Source: Mobula hypostoma
Lineage: Eukaryota
DNA: 64,000 nt
Assembly: GCF_963921235.1 (NCBI RefSeq)
Contig: NC_086101.1
Coordinates: forward strand, 6,574,001-6,638,000
Reading direction: 5' to 3'
The notes under the pieces are model-generated. The model saw only the letters and a program-made list of their open reading frames with translations, was not told the origin of the DNA and did not search any database. Made by a program: the position numbers and the translations under genes. Below, piece after piece: positions 38,868 through 50,625 of this stretch; the stretch's first letter is position 1; each line of letters opens with the position of its first letter.

Positions 38868-39123
38868 GTAAAACATACAGATTCATTTGCCCTTATTTCA
38901 GACACAATTAATAATTAGACACAAAATTTGGCTTAAGAATAGGTTGAAGGGGAAGTGAAGTTTATTCCGGCAACAACCCCACCTGCAGGGAGACATCATT
39001 GTCACATGATCATCTGGAGAAGTCAGACCCCTGAACACACCAACACTGGGGCAAAATATAACCACCTCACGGGACTGTTAGATGAACCACAGCATCCTGA
39101 TCTCATTCATGCTGGAAAAATAT

Positions 39124-40245
39124 GTCAATGCGTTCCTCCACCATCAACTCTGCTCTGAAACGCATCTCCCCCATTTCACGCACATCTGCTCTCACTCCAT
39201 CCTCCCGCCACCCCACTAGGAATAGGGTTCCCCTGGTCCTCACCTACCACTCCACCAGCCTCCAGGTCCAACTTATTATTCTCCGTAACTTCCGCCACCT
39301 CCAAGGGGATCCCACCACTAAGCACATTTTTCCTTCCCTGCCTCTCTCTGCTTTCCGCAGGGATCGCTCCCTACGCGACTCCCTTGTCCATTCGTCCCCC
39401 TCATCCCTCCCCACTGATCTCCCTCCTGGCACTTATCCTTGTAAGCGGAACAAGTGCTACACATGCCCTCACACCTCCTCCCTTACCACCATTCACAGCC
39501 CCAGACAGTCCTTCCAGGTGAGGCGACACTTCACTTGTGAGTTGGCTGGGGTGATATACTGCGTCCGGTGCTCCCGATGTGGCCTTCTATATATTGGCGA
39601 GACCCGGCGCAGACTGGGAGATTGTTTTGCTGAACACCTACGCTCTGTCCGCCAGAGAAAGCAGGATCTCCCAGTGGCCACACATTTTAATTCCACATCC
39701 CATTCCCATTCTGATATGTCTATCCACGGCCTCTTCTACTGTAAAGATGAAGCCACACTCAGGTTGGAGGAACAACACCTTATATTCCGTCTGGGTAGCC
39801 TCCAAGCTGATGGCATGAACATTGACTTCTCTAACTTCCGTTAATGCCCCACCTCCCCCTCGAACCCCATCCTTTATTTATATACACACATTCTTTCTCT
39901 CTCTCTCTCTCTCCTTTTTCTCCCTCTGTCCCTCTGACTATACCCCTTGCCCATCCTCTGGGTTTCCCCCCCACCTCGCCTTTTTCTTTCTCCCTGGGCC
40001 TCCTGTCCCATGATCCTCTCATATCCCCTTTGCCAATCACCTGTCCAGCTCTTGGTTCCAACCCTCCCCCTCCTGTCTTCTCCTATCATTTTGGATCTCC
40101 CCCTCCCCCTCCCACCTTCAAATCTCTTACTAGTTCTTCCTTCAATTAGTCCTGACGAAGGGTCTCGGCCTGAAACGTCGACTGTACCTCTTCCTAGAGA
40201 TGCTGCCTGGCCTGCTGCGTTCACCAGCAACTTTGATGTGTGTTG
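39124..40245 (+). mobile_element. Penelope-like element, 5'-truncated (GIY-YIG endonuclease plus terminal repeat)
   Basis: ORF 39122..39844 'GVIYCVRCSRCGLLYIGETRRRLGDCFAEH...EEQHLIFRLGSLQADGMN'. Confidence 0.93.
40148..40183 (+). ncRNA. Minimal type I hammerhead ribozyme motif
   Basis: AGTC-CTGACGA-AGG gtctcgg CCT-GAAAC-GTC^-GACT: intact core boxes, stem I AGTC/GACT, stem II AGG/CCT, palindromic ACGT stem III. Confidence 0.75.
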
Positions 40246-41640
40246 TCAATGCGTGTGCTTGAATCCTGCCACAGTAGCTCTGGAATTAATATTTCATTAA
40301 TGACATTAAAAGGGATAAAATCTGGTATCACTGTGGTGACAGAGATTGTCAGAAAAATACACCGAGTCCTTCGAGCCACTCACCCTGTCTGACCTGTCCG
40401 TGACCTCAGTCTGATTGACTCAGCTCTGCCCCCTGCTGGACTCGCGAGTCTCACTGTTGTTATCAAACCACCACATTGACGCATCGTCAGACTGAACCCG
40501 GGCACACCGATCAGCATTGACCTCGGTGAACGATGGGAGAAGCCCACCCAGCATAACTGGTCTGACAAATATCCCTCACACACATACAGAAGAAGCATTG
40601 GCAGATTGTAGTCAGAGCCTCAGCATTGCACATTGTTATTTCCCTCAGTGACCTGGAAACTATTGTCTCTCTTCAGACACAGTGAATGGTTTTTACTTGA
40701 ACAATTCACGCACATGTCGCACATTGCCAACACACAGTGGACATGTGAAGACACGCTGTAACATACAATACTTCAATATCCACCCTTACCTTCAATGTGA
40801 ACACACACTCACTGATATTTACAACAACCAACACACACTCACGCACAGTGACAGATATTCAAATGCACCATCAGAGTGGGACACATCGCCAGGGAAACAG
40901 GCACATTTCCGTGTGTTTGTCCCATATTCCTCTAACCACTTCCTATCCATGTACCTGTCTAAATTTATTTTAAAATATATTAATTATACCTGTTTCTACG
41001 GCTTCCTCTGACAGCAAATTCCACATGTGCCCACTTCCCTCACAGATTGCTTAAAAAACCTTCTCTTCAATCTCCGCCCTCTGCTTTTGGACTCTGATAT
41101 TCTGGGGAAAGAGACCTTGTGTATACACTTTACAACTGCCCTCATGATGTTATGTACCTCAAAAGGGGTCCCCTACCCCCCCAACATCCAACGCTCCAGG
41201 GAAATAGCCCCAGCTTATCCAGTCTCTGCTTTTAACCCAAGCCCTCCAGCCCTGGTAACATCTTCCTGTAATGACATCCTTCCCAGAGTCGGGGACCCAG
41301 AAATGCACACAAACTCCAAGTGTGGTCTATGATCAACATCAAAGGCCTTGGTGAAGTTCATGTGGACAATGTCTACCACCCTGTCCTGGTCAATCCTCTC
41401 TGTCACCTCTTCAACAAACTGGGATTTGTGAGACGTGATTTTCCATGCACAACGCCGAGCTGAGTGTCCCTGATCAGTCCTCGTCTTTCCAAATGCTGTT
41501 TGATCTTGTCTCTCAGAAACTGTCCCACCACTGACGTTCGGCTTATGGACTGGACTTCCCTGGTACGTTCTCCCCATGACTGTGTGGGTTTCCTCGAGGT
41601 GCTCCAGTTCCTCCCACAGTTCAATTATCCTGTTGTTAGA

Positions 41641-41860
41641 CTCAGATTAAATCAGAGGTTTTTGGGTGGTGGGGGTCATTGTAACTTGTCCCATGGTCAG
41701 GCTCGGATTAAATCAGGGGTTTTTGGGTGGTTGGGGTCATTGTAACTTGTCCCATGGTCAGGCTCGGATTAAATCAGGGGTTTCTGGGTGGTGGGGTCAT
41801 TGTAAATTGTCCCATGGTTGGGCTCGGATTAAACCAGTGGTTGCTGGATGGTGGGGGTCA
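41641..41860 (+). repeat. ~60-bp tandem repeat (3-4 units) inside a V-SINE-like element
   Basis: Unit 'ctcggattaaatcaggggtttttgggtggttggggtcattgtaacttgtcccatggtcagg'. Confidence 0.85.
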
Positions 41861-42945
41861 AAGGACTGGAAAGGCCTATTCCGTGCTGTATCTCAATAAA
41901 TAAATTACAGCTGATGAAAGTGCAGTAGACATCGGCTCCATGGAGTTTAGCGAGGGATTTGACAAGGTAGCAGAGAGTTAGATCACATGGGATACAGTAC
42001 GATCTGGAATAGGATACAGAATTGTCTGGGTGGAGTCCTGTGACCAGCGGTTGTGCTGCAGGGATCGGTGCTGGGTCCACTGTTTTTCATCATTCATATG
42101 AATGATTTGCCAAGAATGTAAGTGACGTGTTTAGTAGGTTTGTGAAGGACTCTAAAACTGGTGGTTTCATGGACAGTGAAGAGGTTATTTATTTATTTAG
42201 AGATAGTGTGAAACAGGCCGTCCCAGACTAATGACCTGCTCCACCCAGCAACAGTTGCTCTTCAACACTAGCCTAGTCAAAGGAGATTTTACAATGACCA
42301 ATTAACTTCCTAACCAGTTTGTTTTTGTACTAGAGTCATAGAGTGACAGAAAAGTATAACACAGTAACAGGCCCTTTGGCCCATCTAGTTCATGCCATCA
42401 TATTTAAACTGCCTACTCCTAACAACCTGTACCGTGACCATAGGCCTCCACACCTGTGTGATCCATGTATCTGTCCAAACTTCTCTTTAACATTGAAATC
42501 GAGTTTACATGTATCACCTGCACTGGCAGCTCATTCCACACTCTTCACAACCCTCTGAGTGAAGACGTTTCCCCTCATGTTCCCTTTAAACTTTTCACCT
42601 TTCACCCTCACACATGACCTCCAGTTGCAGTCCTACCCACCATTTGCATTTACTCTCCTCATAATTTTGTATACCTCTCCATCTCCCCTCAGCCTTCTAC
42701 ATTACAAGGAATAAAGTCTTAACCTGTTCAATCTTTCCTTATAAATCAGGTCCTCCAGTCCAAGCAACATCCCTGTAAATGTTCTCTATTCTCTTTCATC
42801 TTTATTTACATGTTTCTGGAAGGTAGGTGACCAAAACTGCACACAATACCCCAGATTAGACCTCACCAACATCTCATACAACTTCAGCATAACATCCCAT
42901 CTCCTGTACTCAGTACTTTCATTTATTGACTGTTTATTGTTTATT

Positions 42946-43322
42946 GACATACTTTATTCATCCCGGGGGAAATTGGTTTTCATTACAGTTGCACCATAAA
43001 TAGTAATAGAAATAGTAATAGAAAATAGTAATAAATAGTTAAATAGTAATATGTAAATTATGCCAGTAAATTATGAAATAAGTCCAGGACCAGCCTATTG
43101 GCTCAGGGTGTCTGACCCTCCAAGGGAGGAGTTGTAAAGTTTGATGGCCACAGGCAGGAATGACTTCCTATGACGCTCTGTGCTGCATCTCGGTGGAATG
43201 AGTCTCTGGCTGAATGTACTCCTGTGCCCACCCAGTACATTATGTAGTGGATGGGAGACATTGTCCAAGTTGGCATGCAACTTAGACAGCATCCTCTTTT
43301 CAGACACCAACGTCAGAGAGTG
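42946..43322 (-). mobile_element. Young Rex1/Babar-like 3' fragment, near-identical to 57440-57843
   Basis: 'LDNVSHPLHNVL..HRSTFSQRLIPPRC.TERHRKSFLPVAIKLYNSS' occurs in both copies. Confidence 0.85.
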
Positions 43323-43744
43323 GTGAAGGGCAATGTTCCAAAAGCTTTCTTTATGACTCTAAACAAGAGAAAATCTGCCGATGCTGGAGATCTAAACAGC
43401 ACACACAAAATGTTGGAGGAACTCAGCAGGTCAGGCAGCATCAATGGAAATGAATAAACTCTTTGATGTTTTGGTCTGAGATTTTGTGTGTGTTGCTTTG
43501 GATTTCCAGCATCCGCACTCTTTCTTCTCATTATGATTTGGATCACTCTGAACAGTTCTGGTTACGTATCTACAGGAAGGATGTTATTAAACTGAGAGAG
43601 TATAAAACAGATTTACAAGGATGTTACTGGGACTGGAGGGTATGGGTTATAAGGAGAGGCTGGATATTCTGGGACTTCTTCCTGGATCTCAGGAGGCTGC
43701 CAAAGGAAACTGTAGAGGTGGGTACAATTACAATGATTTAAAAG

Positions 43745-45210
43745 ACATCGGGGCAGGAAAGGCCTCAAAGCTCTCTGTTTTTTTTCTGGACACCAGAACT
43801 AACCAGCTCCCCTCCACCACCACTCTCCTCTGCTTAGCAGAACTTGTCCTCACTCTCAATAATTTCTCCTTTGGCTCCTCCCACTTCATTTAGACAATTG
43901 ACTACATGGAACAGTCTGTGTTCCAAGCCCACACTGGTGACCATCCCACACTTCCCCCACACAACACTGATGACTGCATTGGTGCTGCTTCCTGCACCCA
44001 TGCTGAACTCATCAGCTTCATCGACTTTGCCTCCAGCTTTCACCCTGCCCATTTCTGGTTCATTTCTGATACCTCCCTTCCCTTCTTGATCTCTCTGTCT
44101 CTATTTCTAGAGACAGCTGTCCATTATAAACCAACGGACTCTCACAGCTACCTGGACTATACCTTCTCCCACCCTGCTACTTGTAAAAATGCCATTTCTT
44201 TCTCTGAACTCCTCCGTCTCCACCACATCTGCTCTCAGGATGAGGCTTTTCATTCTAGAATGAAGGAAATATCCTCCTTTTTCATAGAAAGGGGCTTCCC
44301 TTCCGCCACCATCAACACTGCCCTCAACTGCATCTCTTCCATTTTACGCACGTCTGCTCTTACCCCATCCTCCGCCACCCTACCAGGGATAGGGTTCCTC
44401 TTGTCCTCAACTACCATCCCGCCAGCCTCTGTGTTCAGCAAATAATTCACCGAAACTTCTGCCATGTCCAGTGAGATCCCACCACCAATCACATCTTTCC
44501 CTCCTGCCCCATGCAATTCCCTTGTCTGTTTGTCCCTCCCCCCAGATCTCCCTCCTGGCACTGATGCTTGCAAGCAGAACAAGTGCTACACTCGCCTCTA
44601 CACATTCTCTCTCACTACCATCCAGGGCCCTAAACAGTCCTTCCAGCTGAGGTGACACTTGACCTGAGTCTGTTGTGGTCATATACTGTGTCCGGTGTTC
44701 CTGGTGTGGCCTCCTGTATATCAGCGAGACCCGATGTAGTTTGGGAGACCACTTTGCCGAGCATCTATGCTACGTCCACCAGAACAGGATCTCCCAGTGT
44801 CTATTTCCCATTCCCATTCCGATATGTCCTCCACTGTCGGGATAAGGCCACACTTGGGTTGGAGGAACAACACCTTTTATTCCACCTGGGGAGCCTTCAA
44901 CCTGATGGCAAGAACATTAATCTTAAACTTCCAATGATGCCCCCAAACCGACCCTCCCCCTTCTCCATTTCCTATCCCCTGTTCCCTCTCTCAGCTCATC
45001 TTGCCAATCAACTTCCCAGCTTGTTACTTAATCCCTCCTCCTCCGGGTTTCACCTATCACCTGGTGGTCCTCCCTCCCTCCCCACACCCATCTTTAAATC
45101 TACTCCTCAGCCTTTTCTCTCCAGTCCTGCCAAAACGTTGACTTTACTTTTTTCAATGGATGCTCCCTGGACTGCTGGGCTCCTCCAGCATTTTGTATTT
45201 GTTGCTTGGA
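43745..45210 (+). mobile_element. Decayed Penelope-like element (RT part plus GIY-YIG)
   Basis: 'TDDCIGAASC', 'VHYKPTDSHSYLDY' and 'LGLEEQHLLFHLGSLQPDG' across frameshifts. Confidence 0.88.
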
Positions 45211-45697
45211 CAGGTATGTGGGTAGGAAAGGTTTAAAGGAGTAATGCCCAATATAGGCAAATGGAACTAGATCATTAAAATGAGTTGGTCAGCACGAATG
45301 AATTCGGCCTTACCTGCATTTTAAATGCCTCCAGTGTTCATTCACCTTATCTTCTTCGAGCTGTTGCTCCACTCATTCCTCACATCTATCTACCGTTAAC
45401 CCCCGCCCTTCTTTCCATTTTTGAGGAAAGGTCTCGGCTTGAAACATCGACTGTACATCTCCCTTAATACACGCTGCTCGACCCGCTGAGATCCTTCAGA
45501 ATTTTGTGTGTGCTGATCGGGGAAAATCCGCTCTCCATGTCGAGGAAATTCTCGGGAATATGTTGGTTGTCCATCCGCTGTGTTTTGTAAAACCCTGGGA
45601 AAGGGTCCTGCCGGCCTCTCCCCCGGTCTCGGGGCCGCGCTGCCCGAGTCTGCCCCCGATCCCCGGGGACTCTCTAATTCTCTGCTTCTCCCCCCAG

Positions 45698-46230
45698 TCT
45701 CTGTCACCCTGGATGTGGAAACGGCGAATCCGGAGCTCGAGGTGTCTGAGGATCGGAAGAGTGTGAGACGGACCGGGACCCGGAGGAATCTCCCTGACAC
45801 CGGGAAGAGGTTCACAGACCGGGGTTGTGTGCTGGGATCGGAGGGATTCACATCGGGGAGACATTACTGGGAGGTGGTTGTGACGGGAAATCGGTGGTGG
45901 GATCTGGGAGTCGCCGCAGAGTCTGTGGAGAGGAAGAGATGGGTCAGACGGAGTCCGGAGACCGAATTCTGGATCATCCGGCGGGATGATGACGAGATGT
46001 GGGTTTTCACCTCCCCTGTATCCCGTCTCCCTGCCGGTCCCATCCCCGGGAGGGTGGGAGTTTATCTCAGTTACGAGTCCGGGACAGTTTCATTTTACAA
46101 CGCGGAGACCAAATCCATTCTCCACACCTTCACTGGGAATAAATTCACGGAGAAACTTTATCCTTTCTTCAGGACTGTATATACAAACCAGTGGCTGAGA
46201 ATCTGCTCCGGTTCCGCTCCGGGTCTGTAA
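45698..46230 (+). CDS. TRIM gene C exon 6: B30.2/PRY-SPRY. Spliced CDS is 1416 nt (471 aa)
   Basis: ctcccccag acceptor; VSVTLDVETANPEL...SGRHYWEV...EKLYPFF; TAA ends at 46230; AATAAA at 46296. Confidence 0.95.
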
Positions 46231-47475
46231 ACGGGTCGGGTCCCGGGACCGGCGTCAGGAGTAAGTCAGTGTAAATATAAATGTGCGGAGAGTGAAATAA
46301 ACACGATGTGAGAATTATCGATCCATTAATTTTAACTCGTTCACCGCATCCGTCAACGGAACTGAAACAATGCGGATTCAGCAGCAGCCGCGGGCGGTGG
46401 GTCCTGAGCTCCCCGGCTCCCCCGGGTGCTAAAGTCCACCGGGACTGACTGGGTAACTGGGACAAGTGGTGGTGGTGCTGACTGGGAGACGGAGGTCAGG
46501 GTGAATCTTGGTAACACGGGACATGTAGTGTTGGTAACACACGAAGCGGCGGGATCTCCCAGTGTGACAGGTAACATCTGTGGAGGGAAATAGACAGGTG
46601 ATGGGTGGATCCAGGTGAGGGGGTGACAGGTAGATGAGGGAGGGGTGGAGTGTGGAAATGTGTCAGATACTGGGAAGTGAGAGGTGTCAGTGACAAAGGG
46701 CTGACGATTTTGGAATGTGACAGGAGAGGAAAGTGGAGCCTGGAATAAAGGGATGGAGGTGGGGAGGAGTGTGTGGGTGATGGGGAATGGAGAGAGCGGG
46801 GGAGGAGGGGAAAGAGATAGGGTGATGGGGCTGGTGAATCAGGAGGAGTGAGACAATTAAATACGAAAATTGACAGAGAGGGAACGACCACTGAAAGTTT
46901 GAGAATTCAATGTTTATGATAACAGGTTGCAGACTGCCCAGGCAGAACATTACGAGACAAATAGAGCCAGGATCCCTGCTTTGAATCAGATAAACCATAA
47001 GACACAGGAGCAGAATTAGGTCAACTGGCCCATCGAGTCTGCTGCGCCATTCAATCATGGCTGATCCTTTTTTTTCTCCTCCTCAACCCCAGTTCCCGGC
47101 CTTCTCCCTTTGATACCATGTCCAATCAAGAAGCTATCAATCTGTGCATTAAATACACCCAACGACCTGGCCTCCACAGCTGCAGGCGGTGACACATTCC
47201 ACAAATTCACCATCTTCTGGCTAAAGAAATTTCTCTGAATCTGTTTTGAAAGTGCGCCCCTGTATCCTTAGGCTGTGCCCTCTTGTCCTAGACTCTCCCA
47301 CCATGGTAAACATCCTTTCCACATCTATTCTGTCTAGGTCTTTCAACAGTCGAAAAGTTTCAGTGAGATTCCCCCCTCATCCTTCTGAATTCCTGCGAGT
47401 ACAGACCCAGAGCCATCAAACGTTTCTCGTATGATAATCCTTTCATTCCTGGAATCATCCTTGTGAACTTATTTA

Positions 47476-50400
47476 GTGGCTGAGGGATTGGAGCAGGGGA
47501 CAGGGTGTCAGGTTTCTGGATCATTTGGAATCTTTTGGGGTAGGTGTGACCTGTACAGAAAAGACGGGTTGCACTTGAATACCAGGGGGACCAATATCCT
47601 GGCGGGGAGGTTTGATAAGGCTACTGGGGAGAGTTTAAATTAGAATTGCTGGGGGGTGGGAACCGAACTGAAGAGATTGGGGAAGAGGTAGTTGGCTCAC
47701 AAATAGAGAAAGCTTGTAGACGGTTTGAGAGGGAGGATCGGCAGGTGATAAGAAGCGATGTGCTCAGACTGATGGTTTGAGATGTGTCTAATGCAAGGAG
47801 TATTATGAACAAAGCGGATAGGTTTAGAGTGTGGATCAGTACTTGGAGCTATGATATTGTGGCCCTTACAGAGACTGGGATGGCTCAGGGGCAGGAATGG
47901 TTACTTCGAGTACCAGACTTTAGATGTTTCAGAAAGGACAGGGAGGGTGGCAAAGGAGGTGGTCAGAGAAATTGTCACGGCTGCAGAAATGGTGGAAGTC
48001 ATGGAGGGATTGTCTACGGAGTCTCTGTGGGTGGAAGTTAGGAACAGGAAGGGGTCAATAACTCTACTAGGTGTTTTTGGTAGACCACCCAATAGTAACA
48101 GGGACATCGAGGAGCAGATAGGGAGATGTGTTCCGGAAAGGTGTAATAATAACAGGGTTGTTGTGATGGGAGATCTTAGTTTCCCAAATATTGATTGGCA
48201 TCTCCCTAGACCAAGGGGTTTAGATAGGATGGAGTTTGTTAGGTGTGTTCAGGATGGTTTCTTGACACAATATGTAGATAAGCCTACAAGAGGAGAGGCT
48301 GTACTCGATCTGATATTGGGAAATGAACCTGGTCAGGTGTCAGGTCTCTCAGTGGGAGAGCATTTTGGAGATGCAGTCACAATTCTATCTCCTTTACCAT
48401 AGCATTGGAGAGGGATAGGAACAGGTAAGTTAGGAAAGCGTTTAATTGGGGTAAGCGGAAATATGAGGCTATCAGGTAGGAACTTGGAAGCGTAAAATGG
48501 GAACAGATGTTCTCAGGGAAACGTACAGCAGAAATGTGGCAAATGTTCAGGGGATATTTGCATAGAATTCTGTGTATGTACGTTCCAATGTGACAGGGAA
48601 AGGATGGTAGGGCACAGGAACCGTGGTGTACAAAGGCTGTTGTAAATCCAGTCAAAAAGAAAAGAAGAGCTTACGAAAGGTTCAAAAAACTAGGTAAAGA
48701 TGGAGATCGAGAGGCTAGCAGGAAGAAGCATAAGAATGAAATTAGGAGAGCCAGAAGGGGCCATGAGAAGGCTTTGGTGTACGGGATGAAGGAAAACCCC
48801 AAGGCACTCTACAAATATATGAAGACCAAGAGGATAAGACGTGAGCGAATGGGTCCAATTAAATGTGACAGTTGAAAAGTGTGTATGGATCTGGAGGAGA
48901 TAGCAGAGGTACTTAACGAATACTTTGCTTCAGTATTCACTATGGAAAAGGATCTTGGTGATCATAGGGATGACTCGCTGCGGACTGAAAAGCTTGAGCA
49001 TATAGATATGAAGAAAGAGGATGTGCTGGAGCTTTTGGAAAGCATCAAGTTGGATAAGTCACTGGGACCGAATGACTTGTACCCCAGGCTACAGTGGGAG
49101 GCGAGGGAGAAGATTGCCGAGCCTCTGGCGATGATCTTTCCATCGTCAATGAGGACGGGAGAGGCTCCGGAGGATTGGAGGGTTGTGGATGTTGTTCCCT
49201 TATTCATGAAGGGGAGTAGAGATAGCCCAGGAAATTATAGACCAGTGAGTCTTTCTTCAGTGGTTGGTAAGTTGACGGAAAAGATCCTGAGAGGCAGGAT
49301 TTATGAACATTCGGAGAGGCATAATATGATTAAGAATAGTCAGCATGGCTTTCCTAAAGGCAGGTTGTGCCTTATGAGCCTGATTGAAGTTTTTGAGGAT
49401 GTGGCTAAACACATTGATGAAGATAGAGCAGTAGATGTAGTGTATATGGATTTCAGCAAGGAATTTGATAAGGTATGCCATGTAAGACTTGAGAAAGTAA
49501 GGAGGCATAGGATCCAAGGGGACATTGCTTTGTGGATCCAGATTTGGCTTGCCCACAGAAAGTAAAGAGTTGTTGGAGATGGTTCATATTCTGCATGGAG
49601 ATCAGTGACCAGTGGTGTGCCTCAGGGATCTGTTCTGGGACCTCTACTATAAATGAGGATGAATATATTATATTCATTATATTGTAAATTATAAATAAGA
49701 TGAGGAAGTGGAGGAATGCGTTAGTAAATTTGCTGATGACACAAAGTTTGGGGGTGTTGTGGATAGTGTGGTGGGCCGTCAGAGGTTACAGTGGGACATT
49801 GATAGGATGCAAAACTGGGCTAAGAAGTGGCAGATGGAGTTCAACCCAGATAAGTGTGAGCTGGTTCATTTTGGTAGGTCAAATATGATGGCGGAATATA
49901 GTATTAATGGAAAGAGTCTTGGCAGTATGGAGGATCAGAGGGATCGTGGGATCCGAGTCCATAGGACACTCAAAGCTGCTGCACAGGTTGACTCTGTGGT
50001 TAAGAATGCATATGGTGCATTGGCCTTTATCAACAGTGAGATTGAGTTTAAGAGCCAAGGGGTAATTTTGCAGCTATATAAGACTCTGGTCAGACCCCAC
50101 TTGGAGTACTGTGCTCCTTTCTGGTCGCCTCAGTACAGGAAGGATGTGGAAACCATAGAAAGGGTGCAGAGGAGATTTACAAGGATGTTACCTGGATTGG
50201 GGAGCATGCTTTATGAGAATGGGTTGAGTGAACTTTTTCCTTGGGGCGACAGATGATGAGAGGTGACCTGATAGAGGTGTATAAGATGATGAGAGACATT
50301 GATTGTGTGGATAGTCAGAGACTTTCTCCCAGCACTTAAAAGGCTAGCACAAAAGGTCACAGTTTTATGGTGCTTGGATGTAGGTACAGAGGAGATGTCG

Positions 50401-50625
50401 GGTAAATTTTTTATGCAGAGAGTGGTGAGTGAGTGGAATGGGCTGCCGGTGATGGTGGTGGAGGTCGATATAATAGGGCATTGAAGAGACTCCTGGATAG
50501 GTACATGGAGCTTAGAAAAATCGAAGGCTATGGGTAAACTTTGGTAAATTCTAAGGTAAGGGTATTTTTGGCACAGCTTTGTGTGCCGAAGGGCCTGTAT
50601 TGTGCTGTAGGCATTCTATGTTTCT
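47476..50625 (+). mobile_element. Decayed CR1 (ORF1 end plus ORF2, TTCTATG tail) nested in the minus-strand CR1
   Basis: ORFs 47784, 47851, 48879 and 49708 give endonuclease and RT motifs (GDLSFPNIDW, NYRPVSL, SKFADD). Confidence 0.9.

Noticed and set aside
41641..41860. CRISPR-like array
   Set aside because: The tandem units are contiguous with no unique spacers, and the context is eukaryotic.
45580..45697. N-terminal extensions of the B30.2 ORFs (also 18560-18620) as standalone single-exon genes
   Set aside because: These are open intronic frames with non-ATG starts. Strong acceptors in matching phase link the exons to the upstream TRIM exons.
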